From Octopus vulgaris (Eukaryota), in the NCBI GenBank assembly GCA_951406725.2, contig OX597814.1, forward strand, positions 50,158,001 through 50,222,000: a DNA stretch of 64,000 bases, read 5' to 3'. Below are positions 54,330 through 64,000 of the stretch, one piece after another; within the stretch, counting starts at the first letter, position 1, and every line of letters starts with the position of its first letter. Below the pieces are notes generated by a model. That model made no database searches, had not been told where the DNA came from, and saw nothing but the letters and a program-made list of their open reading frames with translations. Both the position numbers and the translations under genes were made by a program.

Positions 54330-55195
54330 TTCAGTATTTTATCCTGAGGTTTAGTGACAAGAATTTTCCTTGAGGCTTTGCAGAATATAGGATGGTACTT
54401 TTCTGCAGGTTGACAGTGCGAGTTTCAATTCCTATCTCTTTCAGTATTTCGGGTAGCATTTTGGATGTTCCAAGTGCACCAATTATGACAGGAATAATTG
54501 CTATCATGGTCTTCCACAGTCTCCACAATTCTCTGACTAGATCTTGATATTTCTCAATGTCTTTAATTTCTTTGGTACTGACTCTGATATCATAGAGATT
54601 TGCAAAATCCATGATCTCATAATATTTGTTTATTTTGTCCTCTACAAGCAAATCTGCACTTCTTGTCTCAATAGTATGATCAATCTTATGGAGAAGTCCC
54701 ATCAAATAATGTAATTCTCATTTTCTATCACAGCCTCTGCTTCGTGTTCATACCGCTTTTCCGTATTTTGAATCCACACACTAATTTAACATCCCTAGGC
54801 ATTCTTTAAAACCATCGTGTCCTTTCCTGCAGATTCTACATTTACTGTTTGACAGAGTTTTGCCAATATTTGTCTTTAGCAGATTTGTTCAAACGGTTTG
54901 TTCCTGAGTGGCTATAATTAGCGGTTCAGTCTCTCCTTTCAAGTTCCAATCTGTCAACCAGAACCAGCGTTCTTACTTCCGACATGCTCCGTTTGTTGCA
55001 TGAATTAACCATGCAATTACATTTCTTTCCATTTGCTTGTTCTGTCGTTCTTCCTTTTTATTTTTCTTGAAATTCTACTGTTTCAGCCACTTTTGAGGTA
55101 TGTCTGGCTGCTGATAGTATACTTTCTTTATTCTGCATAACATAATTTTTCAAACCTAGTACTGCAGTATTAACAGTGTTTCAATAATAGCGTGG
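54330..55195 (-). mobile_element. R4/Dong-clade LINE 3' remnant (RLE domain)
   Basis: DHTIETRSADLLV..IMDFA..D..KEI..IEKYQDL..LW..IPVIIGALG, with LKGETEPLI.A.QEQ upstream. Confidence 0.85.
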
Positions 55196-55509
55196 CCCAT
55201 ATTATCATCATTATTCTTTTCTCTCTTTTTCTTTTTTCTTTTTTTTTTACCAGTTACAAAATTGAAAACTGATGATGTCATTCTATCAAAATAGGAACGC
55301 AGGATTTCCTCGTTTATATTTTGAATTTCTATGTTTCTGCAGTTTTTTGTCGTTTTACATTTTGAACTTGAACAGGACAGACGATCTGTGGAAATATTGT
55401 TCACACCGTTAAATAAACAATCTATTACAAATCGCACCGCGCTCTTCTTATTGTCAATTTACCTTCGTGAAGAGTTACGTCAATCTTTATAGAATATTAC
55501 TATTATTAT

Positions 55510-55730
55510 TAAGGCGATGAGCTGGCAGAATAGTTAGCCCGCTGGGCAAAATGCTTAGTGGCATTTCGTCCGTCTTTACGTTGTGAGTTCAAATTCCGCC
55601 CTGTCGACTTTGCCTTTCATCCTTTCGGAGTCGATAAATTATGTACCAGTTGTTTAGTGGGGTCGATGTAATTGACTTAACCCATCCCCCCAAATTTCAG
55701 GCCTTGTGCCTATAGTAGAAAGGATTCTTA
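55510..55730 (+). mobile_element. Deu/Nin-type SINE monomer
   Basis: Full head, core and tail, flanked by TTA repeats. Confidence 0.9.
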
Positions 55731-55744
55731 TTATTATTTCTTTT

Positions 55745-57081
55745 TATATCAACGTACCATGCTATCTGTTCTTTTCAACTATCTAATACTTTCCTGATTA
55801 TTCTGGCCGTGTCAAGGAGACAAACCTTTTGTAACATTTCTACTGGGCACTCTATTCCGATTTCTTTTATATTCCTCTTGCCTTCTGATACTGTCACCAA
55901 GGACCCGACAATAATTGGCACTATCTTCTCGTTCTTCATTTTCCATAGCCGGGCAATTTCGTATTTAAGAGGGTTGTATTTATCTATTTTTCGTCTTCCT
56001 TCTTGACTATCAACTGTTTAGCACATGTGATGCATGTTGTCGACCACCACTAGGTTCAGTCTGTTATGCTCTAACACCTGATCTGTTTGGATTTGGAAAT
56101 CCCAGAGGAATTTACAAGTCTCCGACCCCGTCACTCTCTGCTCTTTGTGCTTATGTCACATCTTGATAATTAGATAATTAGCTTTTGAATTAACAGCTGA
56201 TCTTTCTTTCATTCCCCGGCTCCTCTTTCTGTCCAATAGGTAGCAGGCAACTATACAGTTCACAGGCCAAAACACCTGACAATATTTTCCACTTTAGCGA
56301 AAGACACGTTATTAGTTGAATGTTGGATGCAACATTACCCTTTTCAATTTCCTTGGTACATAACAATGTCTTACCTTTTGTCATCCAGCTGGGTACTGCG
56401 CTTCCTGCAAGCACTCACCTAGCAGTTGCGCTATCCTTTCATGAAGCACTCTCAGCTTCTTCATTCAATAACCTTGGACCTCATCTGGTCCTGGGCTCTT
56501 CCAATATAGGAATTCCCTTAACTCCTTTTGTAAAATCATTTCTGTAGTTATTTTTATGTTGTCTTGGTCTTGTATATTTCTTAACCTATCTTGGATTTCA
56601 TGCAGCCACTTCGCTTCAGCATTATGCTTTACAGGCTGGTCCCAGATCCCTCCCCAGAATGACCTGCTTTCCTCTGTATCTGGAGTCGTTGTTACGTGTA
56701 ATTACCCATCTAGTTCCTGAAACAGTTTTTCTTGATTTGCTTTAAACAATCTGTTTTGCCTGAATTATTTTGTTTTATTGTCATACCGTTCCAGTTTTGC
56801 TTTGATTGCTACTACACTTTGTTTCAATTATTCCAATATCACATCATACCCTTTTTTTCCAGTCTTATTCTTATGCTTTCGTTTTGCAATTCCCCTCTTT
56901 TCAATCTATTAACTTGTCCTAAATGTCTTTTTAACTTAGCTCGTTTCTCACCAATTCGTCTACGCCAGAATGGTTCTTTACGTTCTGTTTGTTCTCCTCT
57001 TTTGTATCCAACTCTGTCTGCAATAACCATAGCTGCAGCCCAAATAAACTGGTTAGTTTCAGTTATATTTCTCGTCTGGAA

Positions 57082-57082
<1 letters not shown>
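55745..57082 (-). mobile_element. R4/Dong-clade LINE with a large internal deletion, abutting (AAT)n
   Basis: N-terminal half KEPFWRRRI..L, FWGGIW, and PSWMTKGKTLL..N..ITCL..WKIL, joined at about 56160-56190 to an RLE 3' end homologous to 17630-18060. Confidence 0.88.

Positions 57083-57136
<54 letters not shown>
57082..57136. repeat. (TTA)n microsatellite
   Basis: Directly visible. Confidence 0.97.
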
Positions 57137-59777
57137 GTTTGATTTAAGTCCTTAAATAAGTTGAAGTGCTCTTGTCTGTAACTATCAACTTACTTGACAT
57201 TCATATTATATGTAATGATATGAACATCATCATCATTATATAGACTATATTTATAAGTATTGGACTTATTTAACAAATGTAAACTATAACAATAATAAGA
57301 AATGTAAACTATAACAATAAGTTTCAGTAGAAATCAACGCTGCCTATTCATTTCCCTATTCATTGAAACAAACTTTTTCATTACCCAAAAAGCATTATCG
57401 ACAGCAAGTAATATTCCTAAATTTATGATTATATTAATGTGCAAATCATTAAGTGAGAATGAAATTTAATACACTTCTAGGGGAAAAAATTGGCCACGGA
57501 TGAGGGGAATTTAATTATGTCAAATTGCTTAAATTTATATAATTTTGTTTTTTACTTGAATTATTGAACAGGTGAGGTCGATGCGACGGAGGGTGTGATT
57601 TAATGTGCTGCGCAAATATTTGATCACTATAAAGCAAATCACCTGCGCAGGTTGTTCAGCAAGTAAATGAGGAACTTTCACCTGCCGTCTACGACAGGAT
57701 AGTCCGCGAAAAAGTATAGTTGATATACTATATGGTTATTTCATAGCGGTAAATTTTTTGCTTCTTTAATTCTAATAATAATCTTGTCTATGATTGAATT
57801 ACTTATACCGAATAAAACTCTTTCGTTTGGATTTATTAATCTACAAGATAATAACAAATTTTGTTTTTGGATTTGGTTTGCAAGATTCTCTATATGAGTT
57901 CGTGTGTTGAAGCATATTCTGTTTTCTCTGGGGAGAGTCATTTTCTTTATAGAAAAAGTTGCATGACGCAACAAAAATTTTAGGAAAATAAAAATAAGAA
58001 ATAAGTGGAAATTTTACCCGTGAGTGTGTTACATTATAAGGCACAAAAAGAAAATGACTCTCCCCAGATACAACAGAACAAATTTTGGAATGTGGCTCTT
58101 AAACTTAAAGTGAGGTATGACTAAAACCTAAATATTAAAATTTGTCATTTTATCGAACTATGTAGCTATTTACTTAGCTTCTAACTTGCAAGTTTTCATA
58201 TAAGCATTTATTTGGTCATACCACTGCAGCAAGGGAGCGGTTTACGTTTCGAATGCAGAAAGTATATTGCTCGATGTTTTCCTTTCTTTGGTAAGACTTG
58301 TAGATATTTTATATGAGTACATAATATTATGTTTTTTGAGCGATCCTCCGTTTTAGCTAATTAATCGGCCTAAACTGAACTCTGCCATATTTACTGAGTA
58401 TTCTCACTAATTCGTTTTGCCTCACAGAATAATTCTCAGTACCGCTGTGAAGTTTTCATTCACTTACGTACTCTCTCTATCTTTTTTCTTTCACTTGTAC
58501 AGTGTATGTAAATGTGTGTGTGAGAATACTGATTTGTGTATGTGTGTGTGAGAATACTGATTTGTGTATGTGAATGTAAGAATACGGATTTGTATATGTG
58601 AGTGTGTGTGTGGTTGAGAAAGTGAAATGGAAACTATAAACAGCATTCATTTGGAAGTCGGTATGAATATAAATAAACAAAAAGATAAACACACACGTAC
58701 TCTCAACTGCGTTTGCACATACTCAATTAACGATTTTGTCCATACAAAAAGAAAAAAATTACATTTTCAAACGTAATGTAGTTGAAAAAAGTATTTTTCG
58801 TCATCTTTTTTTAAACATTGGTTATCGGTACGAAATAAGTTACGTGAGAGTTCAGTTATTGTCGAAAAGCCTATGTATATTGAATGCATTATATTAAAAG
58901 CAACACTTCCTGCTGTGGTTTCTTAAACTTAATAACGTTATGCCTTTCAAGACTCTGTGGTGTCTACGATGCCCATTCGCTCAATCTTTGTATTTGCACC
59001 AAGTAATTTGGTATTTATTCTAAGAAAGATATTTCCTACGGGAAAGAAGAATTCTTTTGGGTGACACATCATTATCTAAGAAGTAAAAGACATCAACACT
59101 TACACAGATAGGTAGAAATCGTGACGGGCATTTACATTGCTGAGGGACCTTAATCTATCTACGCGGCAAGACTTGGGTGTCTTACTATTGTTCACTTCGA
59201 TGTGTGAGTTGATAAGGAAAATGTACCACCTATTGTTAGTTTATATGCAAGAAAACTAATCACCAGCCTGACCTCAATATCAGATTACACATGGTTTGTG
59301 TGTGCATATTTTTGCTATTCGTTTGATTGTAGTTCGATGTTTTCTTTTTCTTTTCTTTATTTTATTTTGTTTTTATCATCAGCTATTGTCTCTGTATCGA
59401 CTTCATTCTACAGCGTTCCACAATGTTGTAATTTGAATGAAGTGGTTTGACTCCCACTGCGATTTGGTAGTTGTTGCCCTAGTGCTCGAACTCACGTACA
59501 TATCTGGTAATGAGAGACTTAACCTTTCACCCTTTTAGAAAGTGTAAAACTAATGAGATTTTTTTTTCTTTTTAGGGGATAATAGGTAAAAGAAGAGCAA
59601 GAAAATGTAAAAGAACAATAAAAATGACGAAAGAGTGTAGATATATAAGAGATAAGTGAAGATATGTGGAGAGAGGTGTTTGTAAATTTGTGAAAATATA
59701 GTAAAATCCGGTTGATATTCATGAAATAGTAAATATGAATTCAATACAGAGAAGGCGTTTGCAGTATAAACTGCTCT

Positions 59778-59945
59778 TGATATAGGCACCAATACCTTAA
59801 ACTTAGAAAGTGGGCGTTGATCGAATACATCGACCCCTGTACATAACTGGTATTTTATCTTAGCCACTCTGGCGGAAGGAAAAAACCCTATACATTCAGA
59901 GCTAGAAGTACGGCGAAACATTTTGCCTGATATTCTAATACAGTT
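59778..59945 (-). mobile_element. Degraded Deu/Nin-type SINE
   Basis: TAGGCAC..ACATCGACCCCTGTACATAACTGGTATTTTAT..CATTTTGCCTGA. Confidence 0.6.
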
Positions 59946-60553
59946 TTTCTTTAAGTGGGATGCATGCCCCACTTGCAGGGCGTGGTTAAGTTCAGAATAG
60001 CGCATGTGCATAGTGCCGTTAAATCCTGCTATAATGTTGGATGTATAAACACTATAAACACTGAGTCCCTTCATGACTGAGTGCAGTTTTTTGCTTTTTT
60101 ATATATAATCGAAGTGGGTTGTGGAATAGAAAACTGCACTGCCAATCCACCACCTCGTAATGGAAAAGTAAACAATGATATTACTAATGGTATATATCTA
60201 AGTACACGACCAAACATTTCTTGAGTAGATTATTAGACATAAATTGGCCCCACTACGTTTATGTTATCGAACATGGAATTTGTAGATAGACTTGTTTTAG
60301 ATGATGATGAACATTCAGTTTCGCTTTCATTTAATAGTTAATCATTTGTGTGTCTTTTGAATTCTGGGCCTACTTTTACTACCTCAATCGGCACACCGTT
60401 CTCTATGTCTTTCATCAAGCCAATCATTAGGTCTATCGGAAAGTTACTGGTGCTCTGATCAATAGATATGGTTCTATTGTTATTTGTGAGAAATTGAGAA
60501 AGATTTGAATAGAGGGGTTAGAGTTATTGAGAGAGAGAGGGAGAGAGAGAGAA

Positions 60554-60604
<51 letters not shown>

Positions 60605-61699
60605 GAAATTACTAACTATCGCTCTTTCAATAAGCAAACTTGAAACCTTATTTTTACAGCATTCCCTACATGAGAAAGATTTTAATCAAAACGGCTATAA
60701 AATTATCCAATGAGAGATAGTAACAGATTAACCAATCACAGTACTCGTTAAATTTAGTTAAACGGGTGTAGTGGATATGGTAGGCAATGGAAAACGATAT
60801 AAATCATATAAGGCAATCTAACTTTCACTCGTTAATGGGTATCACGACCAGTCAGGCAATATCAAGCAGACGCATATTATGTGGGCTATTGCCTGAACAT
60901 CTAAGTGCGATATACTGAGTTCCCCGTGATAGTCTTAATTTTAGGTGAATTTTGTGTAATTGTATCACTGACCGATGTTCAATTTGTGATTATGCAACAC
61001 GCAACATTTTGTCTTCTGTGGGGTTTCTTCTACTTTGCAGTTTCAGTGTTGTAGAAATGTCGTATACTTATTTTGCCTACCGATTGTATCGAATATTCAA
61101 GTTGATATGTCTAACGGTCGGTTGTATACTCTGTGCATCTATGGTAGGCGTAAGAAGGAATAGCATAAATAAAATACCGAGTATATCCTCCTGGGATGGC
61201 CACATATCTTGAGAAGAACTGCATTAATATACGAATAATAGATACACACTTGTACACCCAAATATATACGTAATTATGTGTATGCAAGTATGAATATTGT
61301 TTGTGAGTCTATAATTTTATAGGTGTCTGTATGTGTAGCGATATGAATACATGTATATATGTGTATACCTTTTTTTAAGCAATAGGAACGTGTACATACA
61401 TATCAATATGTGTGAATGTGATTGTAGATATGAATTATTTAAAAACAGATGCTCGCAAACCAAATGATCTGCCTGAATTACACAGCACTCCCTCTGTCTG
61501 AATGCCAGCGAGATGAATAAAATATCAAAGCACTCAATAGAACTAACCTTTCTGCTAGGATATAATGACGTAAATATTCTCCTTGCTACTTTAATTCCTA
61601 CAAAGGTTTTACCCTTGTTATTTCACCCAAGAGTAAAGAGTCTGAAGCAAATGTGTTTGTACTTTAAATACAATGAACACGAGTAACAACGACAACGAC

Positions 61700-62300
61700 G
61701 CCAGCACTAGTTTCATGCAACTTTCTACGGCACCATCAGGTGCGCATCCCCGTTTCTGAGGTGTGCGCAGCATCGTCACTTGGGGATGTAGAATTTTTGC
61801 TTGCGGCTCTATAAGTTTTTGTAGTAAATTTTTTTGCCTTGTTTCTCGTGTCATTTAGTGTTTCGTATTTCTGTCGTGTAGATTTTGTGTAACAATCTGC
61901 TATTCTATCAGGGGTGATGGTGTTTCACATTTACAATTTGCGTCTGCGTTATGCTAAGTGCTTTAATGTCATGTGGTTATTGTGGAGAGTATGTGCAATA
62001 TGGGATGTGATGTGTTATTGAATGTCATCTGCGTAGAATGTATCTCTGTGTAGTTCGCTTTATAGTATGGGATTTAAGAATATGCTGTGTGGTAATATAG
62101 GTTGGTTACTGTTTTGAGTATTTGCAGTGTGAGTTGTTTTATACTGTTTGGTGTCGATTTTCTGGAGTATATTATGGAATGGGTGATAATTGTATAAGGT
62201 ATGTGTTCTGTGTAGGATACTGCGAGTATAATATGTGTTGTGCTATCGAATATAAGGAGCCTTGAATGGCATGTGATCTGTACCAACAAGGGTATATTTC
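61700..62300 (-). pseudogene. Decayed LINE reverse-transcriptase remnant
   Basis: Minus strand TFYADDI (YADD codons at 62035-62024), preceded by an L.P.LY-like segment, in a CA-rich strand-biased block. The clade is not determinable. Confidence 0.5.
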
Positions 62301-62473
62301 TTTTAACTATATGGAAAGTTATGAACTCTGCTATGGTTTTCATTTCTCTCTTCATCTGAAAGGGCGAAAGCCAAAGACGATGTTGACGATATTTGAATAC
62401 AGAACAAATGTAAATTGAGATTTTAGCCAACGTTCTAATGACCGTGCGTTTTGATGCCTCACTTAAAATCACA

Positions 62474-62526
<53 letters not shown>

Positions 62527-62527
<1 letters not shown>

Positions 62528-62715
62528 TTTTCTTACTTGTTACAGTCATTGAACTATGGTCAAGCTGGGACACTGTCTTCAAGTATTTTTGTCGAACAGT
62601 TTAACCCCAGAATTTAATATTTTTAAAATTTGGTACTCATTTTATCGAACCACTGAGTTAGGGGTGTATGAACAAACCAACACCAGTTGTCAAGCGGACA
62701 ACACAGACATAAAGG

Positions 62716-62720
<5 letters not shown>
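62527..62720 (-). mobile_element. 3' half of CORE-like Octopus SINE between (TG)n and (CA)n
   Basis: TTACTTGTTACAGTCATT..TGGTACT..ACAAACCAACACCAGTTGTCAAGCG. Confidence 0.78.
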
Positions 62721-62790
<70 letters not shown>

Positions 62791-63714
62791 GCACACACAC
62801 ACACACACACGCACACACACACACACACACACTCAGTCACATATTCATATAATCATTTTATGTAATTAAAAAAGATTAACATGTTTTAATATACTGCTTA
62901 ACACCTCTGCTCTTACCTCGTTAAAACATTTTTATACGTATATCAACACATTTTGTAACAGCTCTGTATGCATTTTTTATTAACAAAATTGTATCTTGTA
63001 GCAGAAAAAATGAAAAAAATTGTAATTATTATTACTGATTATGTTGTTTTTGATGGTTTGGTTATTGTTATTGTTCGTGATGGTGATGATGATGATGATT
63101 ATGATGATATTATTGTTTGTATTCATAATTCTTCCCTGTTTTCGCGAACTCCGAAGACTTCGATTATTATCATAAAGTTATTGAATGAAATGTGTTACCT
63201 TTTCGGGTTATTTCACAATGGAAGCCTATTCAGAATGCCCACCGGACTCTCTAAATGGGCTTTAGCCGGCAAAAATAATTAGGTTGGTTTTCTTAAACAT
63301 AATAAATTTTTGCGAACCTTCTTGACGCAGCGTAGCAAAACAACGTCCACAGCAATAAATAAAGAACATTCAACAAATGAATAACAGGACACGACTTATA
63401 AAGAAACAACACGAAAATAAAGAAATTGAAGTAGCAGTTTTAAATGCATAGACGTGCATATCTCAAAAAAACCTAAAACCTTGATTACTATTCCATTGAT
63501 ATTATTAACGGAAAGACACAAAATGAGGACTGGGCGATATTGCAAGTAATAAATATTATGATTCTGGGTGCACACAGACTGAGCGAAAATAGAAACAGAA
63601 ATATTTCTGAAGGCGATTGTTCTGTTTGTATTGCTAGGCCAACTGAAAACTGGACATGACAAACTAACGCGTAAGCAAGTAGCATAAAAAGGATAAAGAT
63701 CCTTCCTGAGTGAT

Positions 63715-63836
63715 GGAGACTCATAAAGCCGACTTCCCGTATTCTCTCGTGTATATATTACGCACCCTGAACGGGACGCCGGTCCGTCGCAGTAATACTC
63801 ATTCTTGCCAACTGGAGTAACATGAAATGAAGTGTT
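63715..63836 (-). mobile_element. Tail and core of a tRNA-SINE, truncated by an insertion
   Basis: GGGACGCCGGTCCGTCGCAG..ACTCATT..TGAAATGAAGTGTT parallels 25200-25275 and stops abruptly. Confidence 0.65.
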
Positions 63837-64000
63837 GGATCTTTTCGGTTTGAACGGCAGTTTTTTCTAGCGGTGTCATATGAAATTGTCACCCATAATT
63901 ATGACCCTAGTATCGATCTGTTGCATTTCAATCTGTTTTAGGGTTAAGGTTAGTTAGGGTTAGGGGTGGGGGAAGAGTATCTTTTTTTTCTTCAGAAATG
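63837..64000. mobile_element. Start of an inserted element with internal TTAGGG-like repeats (runs off the window)
   Basis: Abrupt junction after TT, beginning GGATCTTTTCGGTTTGAACGGCAG, with TTAGGGTTAAGGTTAGTTAGGGTTAGGGG at about 63938-63966. Confidence 0.55.

Noticed and set aside
60852-60896. 10-bp perfect stem TCAGGCAATA/TATTGCCTGA as a pre-miRNA
   Set aside because: The stem is too short and I recognised no conserved miRNA sequence.
63938-63966. True telomere
   Set aside because: Only a few degenerate TTAGGG units, followed by complex sequence.

Overview
Eukaryotic, AT-rich, repeat-dense non-coding DNA. It is most likely intronic or intergenic sequence from an Octopus (coleoid cephalopod) genome, inferred from the SINE families and dense (TA)n/(CA)n/(TAA)n/(TACA)n microsatellites. 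No intact protein-coding gene was found. Almost all long ORFs in the track are microsatellite artefacts or decayed transposon ORFs. Identifiable content: a decayed Tx1/L1-clade LINE; five R4/Dong-clade LINE remnants, three directly abutting microsatellites; two mariner relics; a structurally complete TA-flanked pogo/Tc2-type MITE; about 20 tRNA-derived SINE copies from at least four families, including mono-, di- and trimeric Deu/Nin-domain SINEs and several inverted pairs; and several local duplications. The most interesting feature is a 714-bp element at 48753-49466 with a 506-bp period, sitting inside a (TA)n tract. It has 208-bp direct terminal repeats and a minus-strand minimal type-I hammerhead ribozyme fold, which fits a retrozyme or non-autonomous Penelope-like unit. 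One candidate host exon (29599-29802) is low confidence. Family names come from recalled motifs, not from database searches.
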